A stretch of 64,000 nucleotides of DNA, from assembly GCA_964199315.1 (NCBI GenBank), contig OZ116702.1, positions 22,010,001 through 22,074,000 on the forward strand. The letters run 5' to 3'. This document shows positions 44,782 through 56,934 of the stretch, piece by piece. The notes under the pieces were generated by a model. It had not been told where the DNA came from. It saw only the letters and a program-made list of their open reading frames with translations, and did not search any database. Every line of letters starts with the position of its first letter. Positions within the stretch are counted from its first letter, which is position 1. The position numbers and the translations under genes were made by a program. Source of the stretch: Orbicella franksi (lineage: Eukaryota).

Positions 44782-45244
44782 CAGTCGAACCTCTATTAAG
44801 CGGCCAACCTTTATTCGGCAACCAGCGGCCAAACTCCCGGAAAAATTGTCAGCTATACACTGTAATACAAACCTCTATTCAACGGCCACCTCTACTAAGC
44901 GGCCGCAGCCAGCTTCTTGCCGTCCCAAGGGTGATTTTGTTTAGTTTTATACCTCTGTTAAACAGCCAGGATGATTTGAAGTTGGACGTTTTTAGCCAGA
45001 TAAAGGTAAAGGAATGACAATGTGGAAACGTGATTGCTTCTTTGGCTTTTGTTAACTTTATGGACCGCATTATAACTATCATTGTTCTACTGTTTCTCCA
45101 CTTGCATTTGTTTGTATTTATATTTGACTGAAAACTGGACCACGCCTAACGTTGTTTTCGGGTGAACCTCCAATAAACGGCCACCTCTATTAAACGGCCA
45201 GTTTTCTCGTCCCCGAGAGTTGCCGCTTAATAGAGGTTCGACTG
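44782..45244. mobile_element. Pogo/Tigger-like MITE
   Basis: TIR CAGTCGAACCTCTATTAAGCGGC / GCCGCTTAATAGAGGTTCGACTG; TA at the left; repeated subterminal ACCTCTATTAA(G/A)CGGCCA. Confidence 0.85.
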
Positions 45245-45561
45245 TTTATAGTCTCCATGAAGTTTAGTCTGCCTTGCCTGTGTTAGGGTTCGCTTTCCCA
45301 GGGCCACTAAATTGGCAATGGCCACTCCCTAAGAGACTGTTTCTCTCATTTTAGGTAGAAAACAATTTCATGCTGACCGTGTGTTCTATTGCTTCAGAAA
45401 TCGGCTCCTGGTCGTTATTGGTTTGAGAAGAATAAAATACAGTGATCACCTGCAAATCCAAATCTGCAAAGCGCGAATGAATATATTTGAGATTCAGACT
45501 AGTTCCAGGTGTTTATGCTACTGTCTTTAGCGGAGCTGAGGGGAAGTTGAGACTCGGGTTC

Positions 45562-45773
45562 AGGCCCCGTCTACACCACGCCGAAGGAATTTAAAAAAAC
45601 AGCAATCAACGATCATTTTGGATTTAAGTTTGAGGTAAACTCGGTAAAGGAAATCATATGATTTTCGCGACGCCATCGTTTTCGAAAAGCTTCGTTTTCC
45701 AATATGTTCTCCGTCCGCACGAGAACGAAAAGCTGGCGTTTTCAAATTTCTCTGGCGCAGTGTGGACGGGGCT
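45562..45773. mobile_element. MITE with ~30-bp imperfect TIRs
   Basis: AGGCCCCGTCTACACCACGCCG / TGGCGCAGTGTGGACGGGGCT; single internal copy of the 86-bp-type unit. Confidence 0.75.
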
Positions 45774-47165
45774 CAGTTAGGGTATCTTTACTGCGCATGT
45801 GCTTTGGGTAGGATGCGTGGCGTGCTGGGCCTAACGGATCGCCATACATCTCGCAATGATGGTATGCGAAAACAAAGAAAAAAATCAGCCGAATCAAACG
45901 ACCCGTTTCGATTACTGCTGAATTTGGACTGTCACGAAGCAACAACTTTGAAATTACTTCTAGTATTTATTGTAGCATCTCGGAAACCTTTTAATGTTCG
46001 TCTTGCCAACTGATATGACAGCGAGGCCTGGAATGTGAAATATAACCTTCACTGCATTTATTTTGGGACAGAAGCGTTTTAATTAAATTCGGCCAGAGGG
46101 ATTTGCCACCGAATTCTCCCACGCCCGAGTTTTTATAAGATTTATCGTTGCACTTTTGTTAAATAAACTAATTTTTCGTGACCGAAAATCCGAGAAAATA
46201 ATTCAACAGAGATCAGAAGACTGAAATCTCCACTTGCTCCCACCCATCATTTTGATAATGCTATTTAATAATGTCGCGTCTTTGTTATTTAACGCTGAAT
46301 TTTTCGACCACACTTATTTGACCAGAGGGATGAAAGAACCCCATGAAAAGCCTCTCTTGGTATGTGATCGCCGTTTGGACGGGAAGTCATTTGTTTTGGT
46401 CTGACATTTTTAGAAACCTTTAATTAATTATAGGGGACATAACCCTGTCAAACGCAGCAGGCTCGCTGTGGTACATGCGCAATGTAGTCTACAAAACGTC
46501 ACTGCACTTAAAATTGTCAAAACCTTCTTTTTCTCAAGGAGATTTTGATCCACGACAACAGCCATTTTAGCGTTGAAGAACTCCACTTGTTTTAAGATTT
46601 CCACTTAAGCCCTTGAATTAAGATTCTCGAATCTTGGAGATCAGTTTTCGCGGTGTAGCAAAATCGACAAAAATGTCCCTGGATTGTGCGGTCTTCTCTG
46701 ATGTTCTTACTTCAGGCTGAAAATAATACCGAGATAATTTTTCACTTTTTTTTTTAAGTCGGCAAGGGTAGCTACCTTTCGTGGTTGGTGTATTAAGATT
46801 AAGTTTGCTGAAGACACCCTATACACACACTCAAGAATTCTAGTTATTACACAGCTGTCAGGCATTTGGCCAAACTTATGATAAATGAAGAAAACGCTCT
46901 CGGAAGAACGTATTCAGTATAACTAAATATTGAGCGAAAATTTGTCAAGGAATTTCATGCTTAAACATAGTTTCTTTAACTGCTCTCAGGGAAATACCAA
47001 CAAAATCTCGAAAACACTCGGGGAACACTTGAACAAGATTGAAAGAACTCGAGAAATCTCAGGAAATCTCGTGTTCCCGTCCAAAGCTCACTCGAAATTC
47101 TCAATCACGTTATCTCGTGTTTCGTCAACATTAACGAACACAAACCAAACGTTTACTGTTTATAG

Positions 47166-47268
47166 AAACAATTAGATTACGAGCCCGAGTTATCTATGAG
47201 CGAATGGTCAATTAGAGGTCGAGTCGACTATCGCTCATAGAAAAAGAGGGCGAGTAGTTTAATTGAAT
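47166..47268. repeat. Hairpin repeat, same family as 39554-39622
   Basis: AAACAATTAGATTACGAGC...GCGAGTAGTTTAATTG with an inner arm CTATGAGCGA / TCGCTCATAG. Confidence 0.65.
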
Positions 47269-47920
47269 TATTCTCACATTTTGATTGGCTCTCTACTGGA
47301 GACAGATGCATAGCTGACGTACTTAACAAGTTTTTGTTCTTTTCTATTAAGTAAAAGATGTAGATTTCAGCTCCACTACACAGTAAACAATGTGAGCAAA
47401 ACCATAAGATCTATTTTGGTGGTTTTGGCCGAGCACCGGGATCTATAACAAAACGTTATGCTATAACCTCTTATTACATCCAAGCATGCGATACATAAGA
47501 TGATACAGAGCTGAGCGACAGTTTACAAAGATAGTACTGTCAGACAGAGTTCAGAAAAAACCTGCCGGAAAAACTCCTAGTGAGGAGAAAAGAACTCGGC
47601 AGGAAATCTGGGTAAGGACCATGGCTCAAGCTCTAAATAGCCCATCCTACGAAGCTACACAAGGGACGATATACTTTGAACTGAGTAAATGCCCTAAAAA
47701 ATAAAGTAAAGTAAATAAAAATAAAATAAAAATTACGTTATCTCAACCGAGGTGTCGGCCTACAATGATATCCCACGTGATATTCATCTCTTATATGGCC
47801 CTCCCTTATGCACATGCTCATTCGACTGGGTTAGCCCCAGTCCCACTGCTCTCGTGCCGCAGAAATATTTCATTTCCGGCTAATTCGTGTTCACTCGAAC
47901 GCCAGCAATTCCATATTCCA

Positions 47921-48094
47921 AGATTCCATGTTGCCGTGCGTCTGTTCAGTAATGGATCACAGATGACGTCAAAATGTGGTAAGAACATCAGTGACAAACT
48001 CGGCTATCGCCTCGTGTTCCACTTCTTTGTTCTTACCACATTTTGACGTCATCCGTGACCTATTACTGAACAGTCGCACGGCAACATGGAATCT
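47921..48094. repeat. 174-bp palindromic repeat, ~60-bp arms
   Basis: AGATTCCATGTTGCCGTGCG...AAAATGTGGTAAGAACA / TGTTCTTACCACATTTT...CGCACGGCAACATGGAATCT. Confidence 0.9.
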
Positions 48095-51015
48095 ATTTGT
48101 TAAGTAGAAAACGATGAGAGAACTAATCAGATTCGCGGATTACCAATCAAAAACTGCTGAGTGGCTACTAAATCATTTTATAAAAGTATTCAAGGCAAGG
48201 AACTGGAACTTAGCAATTAGACAGCGCTTTTGAATCGTGCATCAAGTTATGTGTTTTTCTGTTTGCCAGGAAGTCAGTTCTTATGGGGTGAGTCACCTCC
48301 CTTTATAATTCCTCGCCGTTCTGCTCTAACACCGAGTTTCAGATCGATAAATTAGAGAATGAAACAATCCTTTACCCACTCCCCTCTCCTCCTCTGGTGA
48401 AAAAGAAACAGCTTAGACTCAACTATGACAACTGAACTGTTCAATCGTCACGTGATGTCCCCGTGGCTTGGGAAAGTGTCACTCGTCGTTTGTTTGTCGA
48501 TATCTTTTTTTTTTTTTTCATTGCAAAATTACATTTCACTTTCAAACTCCAGGGTACTGGTGTGTTTCCAAGAACAATTCTCAGTGACAAAAGGAAGCTT
48601 TAGATCAATTTCCTTTTGTAGAACAGTACCCGAATGATTGGAAGAACACATCACGAAGAGACAATGAGACATGATGTGTCCTGAGGAATTAGCTAAAATA
48701 CAAACATTTCAGTTTCGTAAGTCAACCTCAGTGTTTTGATTTGAAAACTCAAGATTGTCAGTTTTGTGGTCTCCACCCTAAAACACAAAATTTACTCCTG
48801 TTTACTGGGCTGGTACAAACAAATTCTCAGATTCAACATTTAAGAAAATCTCTGCAAGCAGTAAGGAGATTTCCTATTTGTATCGCGAGCCTGAAGTGGG
48901 TAAATGAAAGAACCAAATGGATCAAAGCATTACAATTGAGTAGTTTATAAGAAACTGCAGATTTTGGTGGCGGCTGACGTTTTGAGAGTCAGTGGGAGAA
49001 TTAGGGCAAAGTACCAGGGAATTGTGGGTAAACTGCAGGTGAAGATACGCCATTGGTCGAAGTATGACGACAGAAACACGTGACTTGACAAATAATTAAA
49101 AACAATTACAATGGCGTCTTTGATCACATGAGGTTTAGTGCCATTTAAAGAATTTTTGATCCACAATTTTTGCGGTCTCTGCGACGGTTTCAAGTGAATG
49201 CCTTCATTAGCGTTTTCAAGAGCATGGGAGACGGTCCAAAACAATCCTATCGGAAATATTAATTCTTAACTGAGGATTTTGAACATTGTTGTCGTTGATT
49301 GAAAAAGTTCAAGTCTAACACGCCAATTGAAATAACAAACCTCCGGAAAGACCCCTGACTCGCCGTCTCCCTTGCCGCAGCAGGACCAAACGCTCAAGCA
49401 CGGCGCCATTTGTTTGTCACGTGAATATCTATTCGTGGACTCCTTTCTTTTATCCTCTTGTTCAGTAAAATGGAACCTTTTTTTAGCAGACATATTTGCA
49501 CGCTTATTCATATAGAGATAATAACCATTTATGTGGACTCACCAGTCAGTCTGTCGCCTTTCTCAAGAGCAGCACGTTTGGTCTAATACGATTTAATAGG
49601 CACGCCCTTTACCTAATTGCATTTAATGGGCCAAAAGTTAAACAAAGCAACTACACGGATGATAGAAATTTTCCCTGCACTATGATATCAGCCAAATACG
49701 GTGCCACTTTTTGGCTTTTTTTCTTCAGACTGATCCGAAACAGAAAGGATTTTGGTAAAAACGTGGTCAATTCAGTAACACGATCCCAGTCACCTGGTGC
49801 ACAATTTACGAGCGCGTGCGTTCAAATATAGTAAGTGCTTTTTGTCTGCTGTGAACAACACAAAAACATTAATTATCATTTCAATTATAGAAGCTATAAA
49901 CCTAAAAATTGCCCCAAGAAAAATAAGTAGACGCTTGTGAGTCGTCCCACTAATCACTGTCTCAATTAGATGTAGATGAGCTTAAACTGTAATAGATCGA
50001 AACTTCTGGAAATAGATCTTGAATGATAGCTTTTGAAATTAAATGGCCTTTATTCAGCTGAGGAGGGAGAAAACAAATTTGACTTTAGCAAGGCTTAAAG
50101 ATTGCGTCGCGAGGAAAAAAACCAAAACAATATCATGTCATAAGTTGTCATTTTATAATGGGAATTAACAGGCTTCAAATTATGATGAACTGTCTGAAAA
50201 TAGATTGCTTAAAAATATCTGCTTAATTAGTAAGTTCATTTTGAAGACGGATAAAGTGAAATGAATAAGCATATTGGCTCTTCGACAGAGGAGAACAAAG
50301 CACGAAAAACTTTGACTTTGAAAAGTTGAAGACGTTTTCCAACCTTCCGTTAAAATTATGGACTATTAGCAATTATTTACGGAAATAACAGGATCCTTTT
50401 ATTTGTAAGAGTCGTAATTTCGAGGTCCATTAACGCCGATTTGAACTTGCCTGCTCTTCAAGTAACTTTTTCTGATGCACACTGACCTTTCTCAAATGTT
50501 GCAGGCTTATCGCTTTTACCACGGCTTTGACATTGAAATCAGAACTTTGATGTGATTGGTTCAATTAAGAGTTGATTTACGGTTTTCAAGCAAAGGAACA
50601 GAAAACCGAGCACTTAGTTTTCATCACTAACTTTCAATTTCTTTGGATGCCCAGCTTACACAAGCTGCCTTTTGACCGTTGTCAACCAAGTTGGAATTTT
50701 CCTTCTCTATTGGTTGTTTTCTATCAGAACCACCCCCAAGTCGATATTTATATCGCTACCAATACATCCAAATGATGTATTTTGCGACCGAGTCTTCAAC
50801 TCCTAGTTTTTGAGCAGGATACAGGATAAGCCCAGAATTCTGATTACAAAGTTTTGCAGAGCTCGACTTTTCGTTCCCAAGTCACGGCGTCGAATTCTTT
50901 TTTGTTTACTTTTTTTATACCACACTTTCGCCCCTTTTCATGTTCATGTTCATGTTTTAGAGTGTATAACTTCAGTGGAAATTATGTAATGAAATCTTTG
51001 TATTTTAGGAATACA

Positions 51016-51096
51016 TGTACGCACTTTGAACGAGCTTGTACGGCTCTTAGACTTAACGTATCTAAATAAAGTATTGTATTTTATTGTATTGTATTG
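51016..51096 (+). mobile_element. LINE-like 3' end with a (TATTG)n tail
   Basis: TGTACGCACTTTGA...AAATAAA followed by GTATTGTATTTTATTGTATTGTATTG. Confidence 0.45.
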
Positions 51097-54000
51097 GTTA
51101 CTTCGTTTCTATGCACCGACCAGAATTTCCAGTTATTGAATCCAGTTTTCTCAGTCACTAAGATTGCCCATGTTCTTTAATATACGCGGTTTATACTCAG
51201 TATTCGTGATAGATTATGCTTGAACGCTATGTGAACTGAAAACTTACGAACTTTTCTCTGTGATTTGTGAATACTACAACGCTTGCCTTGTTTCTGCAGT
51301 CGCGTTAGAAGTTGGATCCAAGAACTTGGCATTGTTACATGTTTACTTCTCTCGTGATTCTCACATTATAACTGCCATTAGTAGAAAACGCTACTTTGCT
51401 GGCGTGCTACCAACAACTTGATAGTTTAAGCCTTCAGTATGTACTTGTATACCGTCATCACATTAGCTTTGGAAAGGTCATAGGTAACCGTTAAATCCTC
51501 TTTCAACTGTAAGACATCAAATTTTCTTGGCCCTCTTTAGAATTTCGTATTATGTTTTCACACAAACGCCGCCAAAATAACTTTGATAAGTACATTTTGT
51601 TAAGCCGCTGGTGTGAAAATCTTTCTCGAAAGATAAACACAAGATTTTAAGAACTGTCCGCAATCGCTTTTTTTTTGGTAGGGGTTCATAATCAGTAGAA
51701 ACTAAGTAATTAGGAAAATAAAGTCAGGCTTACGTTTGGAAGTAATATTACATTTTCAGTGGGTTAGTCGGGATAACAACATAGACCAAGTTGAACACAA
51801 CTTATGAAGCACGTAACAATCTTTGAAAACGATTTTATTGTATGAAGTATGAATTACTAAAAGCGACTAACCAGAAGAAATTTGTAATGTTAATTGTTCG
51901 TTAATCAAAACTTATCTAAACCAGCGGGCTCTTATGTCTGAGAGGCGGGGGAGGACATAAAAGCTTTCTTTCCTGAAGAAACAGGATCATATATACTGTT
52001 TTGTATACCTTGTTTTCTGGGGGCGTTTTAGATAAAAGCTGGGAAGAACGCAAAACGACAGGGTTTGAGTGAAGAAAAATTTTACGCACCCTCGCGTCTC
52101 AGTTAATATATGACGCCGAAATTCCAAGCTATTTAGCGTGAAAAGTGAAAGATATGCCAGGCTTTCGACAAAATTGAACTGAACAACGTATAGTCCATCA
52201 GTTCCATTATTACTTTGATAAAGAAACCTGACTCCACTTTAAAACTCTTCACATAAACTCCTTCATGTCGGTTCGCTCTGCATGTCTGTCGGTGTTTTCG
52301 GAACGAAAAAGGACAGTTTCGTATTCTTCTCGTTACACAAAGAGCCGCCGTTGTAACAATGCAATCATAAAAATACCACTAACATTCCAGTCTGGTGACA
52401 GGCTGAAATAAAACATATGAAGTATTACAGTACACAATTATATCTCCACATAAAATTATCAGGTTCACTTCTTCCTTGAAGTGTGTTAAATTTATAGTCC
52501 AATTGAAATTACAATCAAGAGAATGGAGACGTAAAGAATGGAAAAATTGAATAAAATAAATACTAGAGAAACAAATTGTAAGCTGCGAAAATGTTGGTTG
52601 TGTTTGCAAGTCGCTTGACTGAGGTCTCACCGAAGTCATGCTTTCGCCCTAAATTTTATCACTATCATTTGCTGTTAACTTGACCCGGGGTTGAATTTCC
52701 GATATCTTGACCTTTTAATTTCTTCGTTTTCTATTTTTGCCTTGATATAAGACATGTGCACATATAAAATGCTTTGCTGTTACCGACAAATTTATTCAAA
52801 CTGTCACAAAATTGATTTCATTCACCCTACTCCACAAAGTCCTGTTCACGAGTTTAGCCTTGTACCTCTCTTGTGCGCTAGAAATTAATGAACGAGTTTT
52901 AGTTGCATAAATCGGAAAATAAACAATCCATCGTTTTTGGAGAAACCTAAATTGAATTAATTTTCATAGACTTTTTCTGCAGTGAGCATATCAATTACAC
53001 AAGATCCATTCCGAAAGATGGCTTTATCCAAGGTACTTTGTTTTCGTATGACTATCGCATAAGACATACACAAGGTACATTTACGAATTGTCCCGTTACT
53101 GAGATCAAACCTGCGGTCCCGGGAGAACTCGAAACAAATTGGACTGGAAACTACCAGTTTTCTCGTTTGAGACGAGCAAATTCTAAAACAGGTATTAACC
53201 AATGTTTTCAAAATTTTTGATCAGACTCGTGCTGTTATTATTTTTTAATCTGGTCGAATAGCTTGAAACATCCCGGAAAAACTAAATGGTGGACATTTTG
53301 ACTAAATTTTGAGTGCCACAGTGCTAAAATTTACTCTCGATCTTTTTGCTCAACGCCAAGATGAAGCCATTTAGAGAACTGTTGAGGAAAAACAAATTAT
53401 GATTAATTTCCAGGCACCAAGACAAAATTAGAAAAAGTCTGTCAACCTTTCCCAATTTACATGTCTTCTTGTGTACACATAACTCATTGAAACATCCCTT
53501 TTATAGCTTTATATGGCACTGAATTCTGAGCGAACCTTAGCCCTCATTTTTAGGTTTTCATCAGAGAAACTATCGCATGTACAATGCTAAGTCAGCAAAT
53601 TTTGGATGAAACATTTTATATCAGGGCCCACTAGTCCGAAGGGCCTCCTCTGTACCGGCCGTGGGAAGTTAGTCGATGAAAAAAAAGAGAAAAAAACGAG
53701 AAGTGAGATGAGATGAGAGATGATTAAAGAACAAGATCGTTCAATTGAGAAGTTAACAGTTGTTAACGATGCCCAAACTGCCAGAATTATACTCACACTA
53801 AATTAAAAATAATTCAAAACTGAAGGATAGACAGTATGTATTAGATAGAATTATCGAGAATTATAAAATGACATTAGCGAAAAACTGAGACCGCAATGCT
53901 AAGCCGAGACTGACTCGAAAAAGTGTGGTTTCTTTTGTGACCAGAAATACAATGTGGAAAAAGAGAAATAATTGCATTTAAAAGGCAGGATGTAGAGATT

Positions 54001-55667
54001 AAGAGATTTGTGGCTGAATGCAGCCTCCAACTAAAATAGTAAGTGGCTGCCATGACGTTAAAAGGAAACCGCAAGACGACTTCTATTGTGTCAGTTTTCC
54101 TTTCTAAACGCAGGAATAAACCAAGTGTTGAAAAGGAAACTTATTTATGTTCTCTCTGTTTAGACTGCACGATTTCTTTTTGTGAACGCCACGTGAAGGT
54201 GTCTAACGAACGACTTCATGGTTTACTGGTCGACAGAAATTACGCCACCGCAGAACTTAACTATGAAAGGGAAAATTGATAAATTTATTCACAATCAGAC
54301 GAGATGTATTCAACCGCGTCTATTTATGTATCTTTGATCTTGATTTGTATCCATTTTGAACAGTCTATATGGTAAAACACACACACACAATATATATCCA
54401 GGAGTTCTTATCTCAACGGATTTGCCCAAATGCGCTTTTTATCTGGGAACAAAACACTTCGCAGCAATTATATATGCGTAAAAGGTCCACGAGTAGAATC
54501 AACATGTTAAATGTAAACCAACAATAGGCCTATCAAAAATCCAAACCTGCTCTTTTTATCGAATCGCCTCGGGCTAAAGATCTTTGAAAGGCTAAGGAGT
54601 GACATCGGAGGGCCTGTGAAAAGAATAAACATCTCAGAAAAACAAATAAACACAAATTTGAGCCTTGGAATTCATCATAAGAAACTATTAATCCAGAACA
54701 TTTCGATTTTAGAGCATTGCGGTGGGGGAAATTTTAGATCTTAGTTTCAAAGCTGATATTTCTAAGCAAATGGTTACTTTTGAGGCGTTCTTTGTCAGGA
54801 TCTGTTCATAAATGGCAGTTAAAAATGTGGAGGTTTGTTATCGGCTTGTCTGCATTCCTCGTTTATCGTATGGCTTCATTACATCTTCCATCATACACCA
54901 TCAACATCTTTGCGGCGAAGACGTTAATCCTATCCCAAATCGAAAACCAATTTTAGACGCATTTACGCTCACAATTCTGACAGGTTGTCACTTATTAATC
55001 GAAAAGGTAAAGATTCGTTTGTCGCGCGATCATGTCACCTTCTAAATCCAAGGCTGTGAAATGTCACGAAAGTTGCACTCGATGAATATTCACCGCCGCG
55101 AGATAATATTCTCATTCACATGTCATCTTCGCTCGATTTCTTACCGCGTTACTTGGATATCTTGACAAGGAGCCAACAGGTATGGCCAACTTGTCTTGAA
55201 TTGACAGGAAAAACTCGAGACGCGTCCGCGTTCACGGCAAACACACTCTAATTCTGACTTGTCTGGGAATTTTTGAAGTGCCTCGAATGCAAAGGTTGCA
55301 AAAAGCAGGAATTGCGGTTTTATATTACTTTCTCGATTCCAAAGGTTTGGAGTGAAATTTCGAGGACGATAAACGTTCGCGTGCGATCGAAATTATTCGC
55401 CTGCAATCGACATCGCTCGCTTATCGATTTCCTTTAAAGCTAACACGTTAAACTTCCTCTAATCCACATTAAAGAAAGTACAGTTTGAATTCTGAATAAA
55501 GCAGACAATGCAAAACAAACAAGAGTCTAGGTCATTTTTTCACCCTTCTGAGCTGTCACAACATCCTGATTTTATCCATTATCCCGATTACAGCTCACAA
55601 ACCCAAAACAAACTGAGTGGGTTTCTTTACAACATTTAGCGTCACACGTCGTGTTGAATACGCGGCG

Positions 55668-55728
55668 CTGATTGGCTGATTTCGCTCGCAACAATTTCCC
55701 GCTAATTGGCCGTTTGATGTGATTGGTC
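55668..55728. promoter_or_regulatory. Cluster of three inverted CCAAT boxes
   Basis: ATTGG at 55671 (CTGATTGGCTG), 55705 and 55722, in a CpG-richer patch upstream of candidate exons. Confidence 0.4.
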
Positions 55729-55858
55729 GTTGAATGGCTCAGTTTGAGAGGCGCATCTTGCGATCATTTCTATAACACTAACCATGCACCGTTTGATATT
55801 CTTTAGACTGGAAAGTACTCGGCATAGTCCATGCAGTTCTTGATCTGCTCCCGACAAG

Positions 55859-56934
55859 ATGCTCGTGCTCTTTAGCACACTGTGGCTCGCCTGTGCTGTT
55901 CTCAGAGGCCAAGGTACGCTAGCATAGTGCGATTTCGTGATTATTTTCAACAATATTTCTCGTCTCTCCGTGTGTTTGATCATTCATCCACAATCACGGG
56001 TGCGCGCTTCACAGGGTTTCTTGTCAGCTTGTTCGCCTTTCGCATCGCCTCATCTCGCTTCCAAGTCGGCGCTTTTGTGAACTGGTCGTTCTGTTGGTTT
56101 TAGGTCGTTAGAATTAATCAGCGTTTGTGGATTTAACAGAAGAAATAATTAAGACAACCACGCGAATTCGAATAAATCTTCTCGTATTGAATTGAATGTA
56201 AATTTCCGGTGGCTAGAATTTGGGCTGCGGGTTAGTCGGGATTTACGTCAAATATACGGCCTCGGCCGTCACAGTTCGTTAGTAGAAATCTTTGCAAGGC
56301 TTTTACGACTGTAATGCTTCCGTTGTTTTATCTTCCAGCCATCAGTTGCTGTGGAAATGTTGGTGAATTCAGCGCTTGCAAACATCGCTGTAATGAGGTA
56401 ATGTTCATGCTACATACGATCTCTTTTATCTTGCCCGGCGGGACATTGAAGTCCAGTGAAACTGGAAAGGAACGTTGCATTGTCATTAACTTAATGCACG
56501 ATTACTTCATCTGGATCGCTTTCAAAGCAGCGAGTGCGAAATTTCGCTGTACATTGTCAGTGCGAACCTATTCACACGTACGCAAGTTTATTTTAGACCG
56601 TAGGCGAATTGAATTCAAATGCCTCTTCGCTAACATCTGTGTATGTTGTTTTGATTCTTTCTTGTCAGTTGGAGTCCGAGACAGACGTAAGTTTACGGTA
56701 TCAGAAGCTACGCGAACTTCCAAAACACTGCCCCGGCCATTTGGTGAGTAAAATTTCACATTTGTTCGGTATATTTGAACCAGAGCTTTTGTGGCTTTGT
56801 GCGAGTGTCTCGGCATAATTAAGCTGCAATGCCCTGAAGAAATGGCAAACATAACCGGCTATTTCGCCGCCCAGAACACTAATACCATTTATTGTAATCC
56901 TCTTCTTTCAGATTTCTTTTTGGCGCTGCCTTAA
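55859..56934 (+). CDS. Candidate 50-aa spliced small ORF (55859-55913, 56669-56743, 56912-56934)
   Basis: Donors AAG|GTACGC, TTG|GTGAGT, CAG|GTGAGT and pyrimidine-rich acceptors; MLVLFSTLWLACAVLRGQ/VGVRDRRK...LPRPF/DFFLALP*. May be non-coding. Confidence 0.3.

Noticed and set aside
47470-47730. Retroelement 3' fragment ending in (TAAA)n
   Set aside because: Looks repeat-derived, but I could not assign a diagnostic motif or strand.
56720-56743. LPRP resembling the Antho-RPamide neuropeptide
   Set aside because: No Gly directly after LPRP, no flanking basic cleavage site and no repeated peptide copies.
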